Shown in pieces: positions 18,930 to 27,568 of a DNA stretch of 32,000 nt (position 1 is its first letter; every line of letters starts with the position of its first letter). The stretch lies in NCBI RefSeq assembly GCF_000008365.1, contig NC_006908.1:300001-332000 (forward strand). Reading direction: 5' to 3'. A program made the position numbers and the translations under genes. The stretch comes from Mycoplasma mobile 163K. Lineage in GTDB: Bacteria; Bacillota_I; Bacilli_A; Mycoplasmatales; Metamycoplasmataceae. The notes under the pieces are model-generated. The model ran no database searches, was not told the origin of the DNA, and was given only the letters and a program-made list of their open reading frames with translations.

Positions 18930-19655
18930 TTGTCTGGGACAAACTTTTGAAATAATAGTAGAATTGTTTATAACATTACTCTTAGTGGGATTTTTTTTGC
19001 TTTAGTTCTAATTTTTCAATCATTTTTTTCCTTATTTTCAATTTTTGGTTTTTTAAATATTAATTTTACAATTGTATTTATTATTATTTTAGCTTTAGTT
19101 TCAAATTTTAAATACGCTTTAATTTTACTCATTTTAAGATTTATTATTGGCCCTGCAATTAATTCAGGATACAGTGAAATTGGAATTTTAGGGCATTTTA
19201 TTTTATTGGTAAGTGATGTTTTTTTTATATTGTTTTTTACTTTTGCTTATTATGTTTTATTAACTTGAAAACAAATTAAATTAAACAAATATATCATCTT
19301 AATTATTTCATCTATTACAGCAACAATTTTCAATGCATTTTGAATGGTTTTTTTAAATGGTCTAATTTTTACACCTTTATTTTTTGCTTTATTAGGACAA
19401 AATTCGGCAAATTTCTTATTTTACATGCAACCGCAAATTTGAAATAGCTTAAAAGGTCTATTTTTCAATATAAATACATACTGAGGTGGAATTTTTACTT
19501 TATATACAGCATTTAACTTAATAAATTTTTCATTAGTATCAATTTTATTTTCCTCAATAACAATCGCACTATTTAAAGCAAAAATTATTGAAAATTTTGA
19601 CTTGAAAACTTTTTATTTTCAAAAAAATTTTAAAAAATTAAAAATGAATAAGTAA
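18930..19655 (+). CDS. Multi-pass membrane protein, putative riboflavin transporter (RibU/ECF S-component-like)
   Basis: Absent from the ORF track: 5 in-frame TGA codons break it into pieces shorter than 60 aa. Under code 4 the frame is open from 18822 to TAA at 19653-19655. TTG at 18930 is the first plausible start (GGAAAAGG at 18915-18922). Sequence ...NSRIVYNITLSGIFFALVLIF...ILALVSNFKYALILLILRFIIGP...IFNAFWMVFLNGLIF...YTAFNLINFSLVSILF... suggests about 6 hydrophobic helices. The function is inferred from the upstream FMN riboswitch. The start codon is uncertain. Confidence 0.7.
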
Positions 19656-19658
19656 AAA

Positions 19659-19685
19659 TTAGCACTTTATTTAAAAGAGTGCTAA
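19659..19685 (+). promoter_or_regulatory. CIRCE operator (HrcA binding site) upstream of lon, which may also act as the terminator hairpin of the upstream gene
   Basis: TTAGCACTT-N9-GAGTGCTAA against the consensus TTAGCACTC-N9-GAGTGCTAA (1 mismatch). It starts 4 nt after the transporter stop, is followed by TTTTT, and lies about 100 nt upstream of the lon ATG. Confidence 0.85.
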
Positions 19686-19786
19686 TTTTTATGTTATATT
19701 TAAAATATAAGAATATAAAAACAATATTCTATAATATAATTTAAATTAAAGTTTATTAAAAATACAAAATACAGAAAGAGGTAAAA

Positions 19787-22288
19787 ATGAAATATCCATT
19801 TATGGCAACTAGGGGTGTTATTACTTTTATTGGAAATTCTTCAACAATTGAAGTCGGTAGGCCTTTATCATTAGCTGCAATAGATCTTGCAAAAAGTGAT
19901 TTTGAAAATAAATTAGTGCTTATTCCACAAAAAAATATCAAACAAAACGAAATTGAATTTGAAAAAGATCTTGAAAATGTAGGAATTTTAACAAAAATTA
20001 AAAGCATTAAAATTTTATCAAATGGAAATAGAAAAATTATTGTTGAAGGTGTAGAAAGAATTAAACTTGATTCAATTGAAAAAGATAAAAATAATAATGA
20101 CATAATAGCAAATTTATCACTTTATCCTGTTTTAAAAAATGAAAATGGAAGTTCTGAAACAATTATTGAAAAGATGCAAACTTCTTTAAATAATATTATT
20201 GAATCAAACTTGCCTCTTGTTGCAAATCAAGAATTATCAAAACATGAATCTTCAGAAAGATATACATACATTTTAGCTCATTATTTAACTATGCCTTTTG
20301 AAAAAAAATTTGAAATTTTTGCTAAAAAATCTTTGACAGAAATGCTAGAGTTAATTTTTTCATTTTTAGTAGAATTAAAAAATATTCAAAAATTAGATGT
20401 TGATTTAGATAAAGATATTAAGAAAAATTTAGATTCTCAGCAAAGAGAATATTTATTAAGAGAAAGACTTAAAGTAATTCAAAAAAAACTTGGCGATGAT
20501 GAAAATGATGAAGAAGAAATTGAAGAAAAACTTAATTCAAAATATGGCAAAGAACAATATCCAGAAGAAGTAATAAAGACAATAAAAAATGAAAAAAGGC
20601 GTCTTAAAAATATGATGTCTTCTTCTCCTGAAGCAAATACAAGTAGAACATACATTGAATGGTTAACAAATTTACCTTGAAGAAAAGTAAGTGTTGATAA
20701 AACAAATTTAGTCAAATCTAAAGAAATTTTAGATTCTTATCATTATGGATTAAAAGAAGTAAAAGAAAGAATCATTGAGTTTCTTGCGGTTATGATTAAC
20801 AATAATAAAAAACATCCAGAAGATGAAAAAACTAAAATTCAAATTCCTAATTCAGATTATGAAATAAACAAAAATTTGTTTACTAAAAAAAATGCTTCAG
20901 ATGATACTTATTCGTATAAATCAAGCAATAATGTTCCGATTTTAGCTCTAGTAGGACCTCCAGGAACTGGAAAAACATCTTTAGCAAAAGCTATAGCTGA
21001 GACTTTAGATAGAAAATTCATCAAAATATCTTTAGGTGGGGTAAAAGACGAAGCTGAAATTAGAGGACATAGAAGAACTTATGTTGGTGCTTTACCAGGA
21101 AAAATAATTCAAGCAATTAAAAAGGCTGGTGTATCTAATCCTGTAATTTTACTTGATGAAATTGATAAAATGTCTTCTGATTATAAAGGTGATCCAACTA
21201 GTGCAATGCTAGAAGTTTTAGATCCAGAACAAAATGTTAATTTTCAAGATCACTATATTGAATTAGAATATGATTTGAGTAAAGTTTTATTTATTGCAAC
21301 AGCTAATTATTATCAAAACATTTCAGCTCCTCTTTTAGATAGAGTGGAAATTATCGAATTAAGTAGTTACACATCTTTAGAAAAAATAAGAATCGCAAGA
21401 GATTATTTAATTAAAAAAGTTCTTGAACAAAATTCATTAGAAGAATCTCAATTTAAAATTAGTGATGAAAGTTTAGATTTTCTCATAAAACATTACACTT
21501 TAGAAGCCGGAGTAAGAAATTTACAAAGAGCATTAGATAAATTGGCTCGGAAAATAGTTGTTAAATCATTAGAAAACAAACTTGAAAAAGATTTTGTAAT
21601 TACTTCTGAAGAAATTGTAAATTTACTAGGTGTAATTAAATATACAGATGATTTTAAAGAAAATTATGAAAGAATTGGAGCGGTCAATGGTTTAGCTTAT
21701 ACACAATATGGTGGTTCAACTCTTTCAATTGAAGTAACAACATTTCCAAATTCAAAAGGTGGAATAAAATTAACAGGACAATTAAAAGAAGTTATGCAAG
21801 AATCTGCTCAAATTGCTTTGGCTTTTGTTAGATCTAATGCTAAAAAATATGAGATTGATTTTAATTTTGAAGCAAACCAAATCCATATTCATGTTCCTGA
21901 AGGAGCAGTCCCAAAAGATGGTCCTAGTGCAGGTGTTACTTTTACAACAGCAATAATTAGCGCTTTAAAACAAATTCCTGTTTCTCATAAAGTAGGAATG
22001 ACCGGGGAAATAACTTTAAGAGGTAAAGTTTTACCAATAGGTGGTTTAAAAGAAAAATCTCTTGCAGCACATAAATTAGGAATTAAAACAGTATTTATCC
22101 CTAATGAAAACAATCGTAATTTAGTAGAAGTAGCAGATGAAGTTAAAGAATCAATTGAATTTATTTCGGTAAGTGATTATGATGAAATTTTTGAAAACTT
22201 ATTTGGTAAATTATCAGATAATAAAAAAATAACTTCCAATTCAAAAATTCCAAAAAAAGATATTTCTAAAGCAAATCCAACGCACTAA
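19787..22288 (+). CDS. lon: ATP-dependent Lon protease (LonA)
   Basis: ORFs 19787-20680 and 20792-22288 are in frame, joined by a TGA (...WLTNLPWRKVSVD...YHYGLKEVKERIIEFLAV...). SD GAAAGAGG at 19775-19782. Walker A GPPGTGKTS, Walker B ILLDEIDK, catalytic Ser in PKDGPSAG, Lys in ...LKEKSLAAH. 833 aa. Confidence 0.96.
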
Positions 22289-22298
22289 AATAAATATT

Positions 22299-22321
22299 AA
22301 AAACTAGCATTGCTAGTTTTT
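22299..22321. terminator. Bidirectional intrinsic terminator between convergent lon and the dUTPase-like gene
   Basis: aaaactag (22300-22307) pairs with ctagtttt (22313-22320), loop cattg. A-runs and T-runs are present on both strands. Confidence 0.75.
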
Positions 22322-22805
22322 AATATTTATTTTTAATCCTTTCATGATTTATTATGTTTTTTTTGATGTATTCCGCTTCAATTTCTTCATCACTTATTTT
22401 TAAAATTTTGGCAATTCCTAAATATAAGCTAAATATTTTTTCTGTACTTTTTTTACTAAAATTTTCTTCCAATTCATTTATTTGTTTTAAAATTTCTAAA
22501 AATTGAAAATTTAAATTATTTGAAATAACAATTGGTTCTATTATTTCACTTCCATTACTTTCAAGAATAAATGATGACAAAAAATGTAATCCGTCTGAGT
22601 ACTCTTCTAAAATTTTTTTTCAATCTAATTTTTTGTCTTTTTTTCAATATTTGAAAAATTGTATTTCGTTAGCTAATTCTCCTAGCTCGACAAAAAAAGC
22701 CAATATCTTTTCAGTTTTTAAATTTTTAGTTTTATCGATTTCATGGGCAAAATGAATGCTTTTGTCAAGTTCTCTTTGCAAGTCTAAAATTTTTCTTAAA
22801 TTCAT
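22320..22805 (-). CDS. Dimeric (all-alpha) dUTPase-like nucleotide pyrophosphohydrolase
   Basis: ORF 22320-22580 is extended upstream through two TGA codons to the ATG at 22805 (161 aa). MNLRKILDLQRELDKSI...FFVELGELANEIQFFKYWKKDKK...ILEEYSDGLHFLSSF resembles the dimeric dUTPase (dUTPase_2-type) signature ELGELANE...FK.W...EE..DGLHF. Confidence 0.7.
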
Positions 22806-22811
22806 GAATTT

Positions 22812-22817
22812 ATTTTA
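22812..22817 (-). promoter_or_regulatory. Candidate -10 box (TAAAAT) 6 nt upstream of the dUTPase-like gene ATG; no SD
   Basis: The minus strand reads aagaTAAAATaaattcATG. Confidence 0.4.
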
Positions 22818-22836
22818 TCTTAATTTTTAATTTATT

Positions 22837-22844
22837 TGTATAAT
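22837..22844 (+). promoter_or_regulatory. Extended -10 promoter (TGTATAAT) for the tRNA cluster
   Basis: Same tatttgtataata context as the riboswitch promoter. It ends 18 nt before the tRNA-Leu 5' end. Confidence 0.55.
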
Positions 22845-22862
22845 AGTTTAGCAATGAATTTT

Positions 22863-22944
22863 GCCCAAATGGTGGAATGGTAGACACAGTTGACTCAAAA
22901 TCAACCGAGAAATCGTGCAGGTTCAAGTCCTGTTTTGGGCACCA
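22863..22944 (+). tRNA. tRNA-Leu (anticodon CAA), type II, CCA encoded
   Basis: Manual cloverleaf: acceptor GCCCAAA/TTTGGGC, anticodon arm GTTGA-CTCAAAA-TCAAC, 11-nt variable arm, T arm GCAGG-TTCAAGT-CCTGT, discriminator A, then CCA. Confidence 0.9.
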
Positions 22945-23019
22945 AATATTTTAAAAATATCTACAAAGCATCTCTTAAAAAAATATGAATAAAAAATTTC
23001 AACAAAATCTTTTTTCATT

Positions 23020-23025
23020 TATAAT
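23020..23025 (+). promoter_or_regulatory. Possible internal -10 box (TATAAT) ahead of the second tRNA
   Basis: tttcattTATAATgag, 13 nt before the tRNA-Leu(UAA) 5' end. AT-rich background, so the evidence is weak. Confidence 0.3.
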
Positions 23026-23038
23026 GAGAATGTGCTAA

Positions 23039-23126
23039 GCCCTGGTGGCGGAATAGGTAGACGCAAGGGACTTAAAATCCCTCGATCGTATAGGTCGTGC
23101 TGGTTCAATTCCAGTTCAGGGCACCA
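23039..23126 (+). tRNA. tRNA-Leu (anticodon TAA), type II, CCA encoded
   Basis: Acceptor GCCCTGG/TCAGGGC (one G-U pair), anticodon arm AGGGA-CTTAAAA-TCCCT, long variable arm, T arm GCTGG-TTCAATT-CCAGT, A, CCA. 88 nt. Confidence 0.9.
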
Positions 23127-23129
23127 AGA

Positions 23130-23205
23130 GCGCCCTTAGCTCAGTAGGTAGAGCAAATGGCTTTTAACCATTGGGTCAGAGGTTCAAATCCTCTAGGGCG
23201 TACCA
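23130..23205 (+). tRNA. tRNA-Lys (anticodon TTT), CCA encoded
   Basis: Acceptor GCGCCCT/AGGGCGT, D arm GCTC-AGTAGGTA-GAGC, anticodon arm AATGG-CTTTTAA-CCATT, T arm AGAGG-TTCAAAT-CCTCT, A, CCA. 76 nt. Confidence 0.92.
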
Positions 23206-23206
23206 T

Positions 23207-23230
23207 ATCACCATAATGGTGATTTTTTTT
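23207..23230 (+). terminator. Intrinsic terminator after the tRNA cluster
   Basis: atcacc (23207-23212) pairs with ggtgat (23218-23223), loop ataat, followed by a T8 run. Confidence 0.75.
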
Positions 23231-23304
23231 ATTTTTTTCACAAAATTTTTTCTTTTTTTAGAAATATTTAATTTTTTTTCTTATTAACAATTGAGGTGAA
23301 AAAA

Positions 23305-23910
23305 ATGAATATTTATAAAATTGGAAAAATAGTAAGTTTTGGTAAAAACTACTTTCTTTTAGAATCGAACTATGAAGGATTTTTGATTTATGCTGCTGAA
23401 TTAGAAAAATTTGAAAAAGATGTTGTTACAAAAGTTTTTATATACAAACATGAGAACGCATATTCAAAAACTTTGTATGGGTTCAAAACATTTAAAGAAA
23501 GACTTCTTTTTATCGATTTGCTTTCGATAAATGGAATTGGACCAAAAACTGCATTGATGGCATTAGAATCAGGTTACTTAGAAATTATGAATTTAATTTC
23601 TAATAATGATTTTGAAACTTTATCAAAACTACCTTTTTTAGGATTGAAAAGTGCAAAGCAAATTTGTTTTGAATTTCAAAGTAAATATGCAAATCTATTA
23701 GAAAAAGAAAATTCTGGTAATTTAAAATTTGAATCAAAAACAAAAAAAATTACAGAATTGTCAAATACATTAAAAACATTAGGATTTAAAACAAATCAAA
23801 TAAATTATGCTATTTCAAACATTAATGATAAAAATGATATTGAAGAAATGCTTGAGGAATCAATACAATTAATTGCAAATGAAAAAGAACAAATTTCCCC
23901 TAATACATAG
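23305..23910 (+). CDS. ruvA: Holliday junction DNA helicase subunit RuvA
   Basis: ORF track 23296-23910. I prefer the ATG at 23305, which lies 6 nt after GAGGTG (23293-23298). MNIYKIGKIVSF...LYGFKTFKERLLFIDLLSINGIGPKTALMALE (HhH). 201 aa. Confidence 0.9.
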   Translation: MNIYKIGKIVSFGKNYFLLESNYEGFLIYAAELEKFEKDVVTKVFIYKHENAYSKTLYGFKTFKERLLFIDLLSINGIGPKTALMALESGYLEIMNLISNNDFETLSKLPFLGLKSAKQICFEFQSKYANLLEKENSGNLKFESKTKKITELSNTLKTLGFKTNQINYAISNINDKNDIEEMLEESIQLIANEKEQISPNT

Positions 23911-24844
23911 GCCAAATTCCTTTAATGAATTCATTGGTCAAAAAAATTTAAAACACACTCTTAAGGTTTTAATTAAATCATCTATTCTAAGAAAGGAAAA
24001 TTTAGATCATTTAATTTTTCAAGCAAATCCAGGATATGGAAAAACATCTTTAGCATATATTATTTCTAAAGAAATGAATTCTAATTTAAAAATTGTGCAA
24101 GGAAATCAATTTGAAAAAAAATCAGATTTGCTTTCACTTTTTGTAAGTGTAAATGAAAATGACATTATTTTTGTAGATGAAATTCATGCAATTAATAAAT
24201 CTATTGAAGAAATTTTATATTCTGTAATGGATGATTTTGTAATTGATATCCAAATTGGACCAGAAGGTGAGAAAAAAATTGTAAGAATGAATTTGCCACA
24301 CTTTACTTTAATAGGAGCAACAACTCAAATTGAAAAATTAAGCAAACCATTAATAGATAGGTTTGGTTTTGTCGGTAAATTTTCATCTTATAATGAAAAT
24401 GAAATAAATTTAATTTTAAAAAATCTTGCAAGAAAATTAAAAATCAAAATTGATGAACAAGCTTTAAAATTAATTTCAATGAATTCATCATACATTCCTA
24501 GAATTGCAATAAATCTTTTAAAAAGAGCTTGAGATTTTGCAATTTTTGATGAAAAAAAATCTATTGATATTACCACTATAAAAAAAGCATTCAATTATTT
24601 AGGTATTTTTGAAAATGGATTAAATATTTTACATATAAAGTATTTAAAACTTTTGTATCAGGCTTTTAAAAACAAATCAGCTTCTCTAGATGCTATTTCT
24701 TCAATCTTGGGTTTATCAAAAAATAACGTTGTCTTTCACATTGAATCCAATTTGTTAAATTTGGAATTAATTGAAAAAACTTCTAGAGGAAGAAAAATTA
24801 GAAAAGAAGGTATAGAGTATTTGAACAAAAATAATTTTAAGTAG
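23873..24844 (+). CDS. ruvB: Holliday junction DNA helicase RuvB
   Basis: ORFs 23873-24532 and 24653-24844 are in frame through a TGA. RPNSFNEFIGQ, P-loop NPGYGKTSLA, Walker B IIFVDEIH, GATT, PLIDRFG. It overlaps the ruvA 3' end. The start could be 23873 or 23879. 323 aa. Confidence 0.92.
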
Positions 24845-24883
24845 ATTATTTTGTCATTATTAACAAGTATTGAATAATTTTTA

Positions 24884-24889
24884 TATAAT
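24884..24889 (+). promoter_or_regulatory. Candidate -10 box (TATAAT) 7 nt upstream of the secDF ATG; no SD
   Basis: tttttaTATAATaacaaagATG. Confidence 0.4.
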
Positions 24890-24896
24890 AACAAAG

Positions 24897-27473
24897 ATGA
24901 AAAATTCAATAAATAACTTTATAAAGTTGTCAAATTGAAAAAGATGATTAATAGTTACTATAACAGTACTATTAGTTATTTTAACTATTGGTCTTGTTAC
25001 TCCATTTTATTTAAAAGATAATTTAAATGTAAATTCTGATTTTGTAGGAGGAAAAGAAGTTATTATTCAAGTGCAAGATCCAATAAATTCTCAGCCTGCT
25101 AGTGATGAATTAACTAATGAAGTATCACAAAATATTTTTAATAGATTAGGTGGCCAAAATGATAGTTCAGTTACAGTGACTAATGAAGGAAATGGTTTTA
25201 TTAGAATAATTAGGTCAAATGAACTAATATCTCAAAATAACAATCCCCAATCTTTAGAAGATTTTGTAAATGAAATTCATAATAAAATTTCTTTTACTTT
25301 TACAACGACTTTGGGAACATCTTTATTTGTAAACAATGGAATTTTCAATAATGCAATAACTTCAGGAGTTTTGCCACCAATAAATTCAAATGCAGATTTT
25401 AATTCTTTAATCCCACCTTTTAAATCGAATTCAGCTACTTTTAACAATAATTCAGTGACTATTGAATTAACTGAAATAGGGAAGGAATCTTGAAATCTTG
25501 CAACGCAATTTATTTCAACTCAAAATGATTCTAATAATCCTAATTTAAATCAAAGAATTGCAATTTGGGCAAATCTAGATAAATTGCTAAAAGAATTTGA
25601 AAATACTCAAGAATTCATTACAAAGGCAAACTCGAATCCTTATAGTTTTGTGTTTGAAAATGAAGATGCTAATGGTCAAAGTATTTTAAAGACTACACCT
25701 TTTATTGCTAAAGATTTTCTAATTTCCAATCAACAAATAACATCGGCTAGTTCAAATGCTTCTTCTATTACTATTGAAGGAAATTTTACAAGATTTAAAG
25801 CAGCTCAAATTGCAGCACAAATCAACTATAGTACTTCAAATAATTATTTCTTTAAACAGATTTCTTCAAATATTATTAATTCTAAAATAAATAGTAATGA
25901 AGGTTCTAATTTATTTAATCCCATTTTAATTGTTACTCTAGTAATGCTTGCAATATTTGCTTTAATTATGGTGTTTAACTATGGAATTTTAGGGTTTATA
26001 CAAACAATCATTTCTGCTTTATTTTTGATCATTTCAATTTCAATACTTTCTGCTTTTAATAAATTAATTACTCCAGGAATTATTAGTAGTTTAATAATAT
26101 CTTTAGGAATTTTAACTAGTTCCTCCGTGATTGTTTTTGACAATCTGAAACAAGAAGTTTATCAGGGGGATGGAATTCAAAAAGCAATAAAAAAATCTTT
26201 TAAGGCATCATGATTCGGAATTTTTGATACTCAAGTAATTTTAGTGATAATGGCAGTCTTGACTTTCTATATAGGATCAATTAATACTCAGGAAATTTCT
26301 TTAATGTTGATAATTAGTTTTAGTTTTATTTTGTTTTTGACTTTGGTTTTAAATCGATTAATTGCAACATTGTTAGTTAGAACTAAAATTTTTGATAAAA
26401 AGTTATTCTTATTAGGATTGAGAAAAAAATACTCCAACAATGAAAACTATATTTCAAAATTAAATTTGATAAATTATGTAAAAATTTCAAAATGATTTTC
26501 TCTTTTTGTTTTTAGTTTTATTGTAATAAGTTTAATTGTTTTGAGTTCTCTAACAGGAATTTTTGGATCAATTTCTCAAGCATTAAATGCTAGTGCTAAT
26601 TTTTCAGGTGGCTCAACTTTAAGTTTTCAAAATGGATTCTTAACTTCTCAACAAGCAGATTTAATATTAGACATTTTATTAAAAAATAATTTTGATTCAA
26701 CAAATATTTTAGTTACAAATTTAGGAACTAATACATTACCAAATTTTTTAGTAAGTGCTAGTTCAAATAATTTGATAAATCAAGAAACAATTAATTTAAT
26801 TCAATCTGAAATTACTAACAATTCTATTAATGTTTCAGCAAATTTATTTATTTTTTCAACAGTAGTTGCACTAAATTCTCTAAATGTAGCTATTTATTCT
26901 TTTTTTGCTGGATTAACTCTCATTTTCATTTATATAACATTTAGATATAAATGAACAATATCAATAAGTTTATTTATAACTTTAATAATCGATTCACTTT
27001 TGATGTTTGGTATTTTTGTTATTTTCAGATTTGAATTTTCTTCTATTTTTGTTTTAAGTTGAATTTCCATTTCGTTTTATTCTCTAAATGAGAAAATGAT
27101 TGTAATTACAAAATATTCTAATATTTTCAAATTAAATTCCGGAAAAGAACAAACCAAGATTCAACTTATGGAAAATATGAATTTAACAATAGGGCTAATT
27201 ATAAAGAAAATTTTCATAACTTTTTTAAGTGTAATTAGTTTCTTAATTATTCTTTTAATTTTTACTCAAGTTAATTTTTATATTCAATATCTTTCTTTAA
27301 TTTTAGGACTTATTTCAAGTTTCCTAACATCTATATTTTTTATGAATTGATTAATTATTAAATTTGAAACTATAAGAATTACAAGTCAAAAAAAGAGACT
27401 TGAAAAGAATTTTTGGAAGACTGAAAAAATCGAAGAGCAAACTTTTGTTGGAATAAATAATTTTGAACCTTAA
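24897..27473 (+). CDS. secDF: Protein-export membrane protein SecDF (fused SecD-SecF)
   Basis: Six ORF-track fragments (25071-, 25584-, 26244-, 26541-, 27096-, plus an unlisted N-terminus) are all in one frame. They are joined only by TGA codons, with no TAA or TAG between them. There is an N-terminal TM, a large N/S/T-rich extracytoplasmic domain, a TM bundle (..VMLAIFALIMVFNYGILGFIQ..ISLGILTSSSVIVFDNLKQE..), a second loop and a second TM bundle. 858 aa. The family call rests on architecture and on the RND-like motif around VIVFDN. Confidence 0.8.
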
Positions 27474-27496
27474 AATTCTACATTTGTAGAATTTTT
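27473..27496 (+). terminator. Intrinsic terminator after secDF
   Basis: aaattctac (27473-27481) pairs with gtagaattt (27486-27494), loop attt, followed by a T-run. Confidence 0.75.
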
Positions 27497-27523
27497 ATTT
27501 GCTTAATTTCTCTTTTTATGATG

Positions 27524-27532
27524 TGGTATAAT
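27524..27532 (+). promoter_or_regulatory. Extended -10 promoter (TGgTATAAT) for hisS-aspS
   Basis: atgTGgTATAATttaac lies about 37 nt upstream of the preferred hisS ATG, which has an AGGAA SD at 27560-27564. Confidence 0.55.
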
Positions 27533-27568
27533 TTAACAATTAAGCAACTTAAAAATGTTAGGAATTTT

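Noticed and set aside
18896-18955. 19-codon ORF (MRKRKTRKRLYFVWDKLLK*) starting inside the riboswitch P1-proximal region. I considered it as a possible leader peptide.
   Set aside because: Its ATG is part of the conserved GGATGAG aptamer core. It is out of frame with the transporter and has no SD.
22985-23038. 17-codon ORF (MNKKFQQNLFSFIMRMC*) between the two tRNA-Leu genes, ending 1 nt before the tRNA.
   Set aside because: It has no SD and lies in a tRNA spacer that more plausibly carries a promoter (TATAAT, 23020-23025). An ORF of this length is expected by chance.
23231-23304. A series of T6-T8 homopolymer runs upstream of ruvA, considered as possible phase-variation tracts.
   Set aside because: They are ordinary AT-rich intergenic sequence following a terminator. 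No coding frame or promoter spacer obviously depends on tract length.
24023-24046. The RuvB P-loop reads ANPGYGKT instead of GPPGLGKT. I considered it a possibly degenerate ATPase.
   Set aside because: The [AG]xxxxGK[ST] consensus allows Ala at the first position. Walker B, sensor and arginine-finger contexts are intact.
24897-27473. Reading the many broken ORFs (secDF, lon, secY, hisS, aspS, dinB, rnr) as decayed pseudogenes.
   Set aside because: The breaks are exclusively TGA, always in frame, and often fall at conserved Trp positions. Code 4 gives full-length proteins with intact catalytic motifs.
27518-27568. The ORF-track start of hisS at 27518 (MMWYNLTIKQLKNVRNF...).
   Set aside because: These codons overlap an extended -10 promoter (TGGTATAAT, 27524-27532). 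The ATG at 27569 follows an AGGAA SD and gives the canonical N-terminus (MIQKPKGTSDF).
27497-27568. A possible T-box leader upstream of hisS-aspS, as in Bacillus.
   Set aside because: Only about 70 nt are available between the secDF terminator and the hisS start. There is no specifier-loop/T-box sequence (AATTAGGGTGGTACCGCG-like) and no terminator/antiterminator pair.
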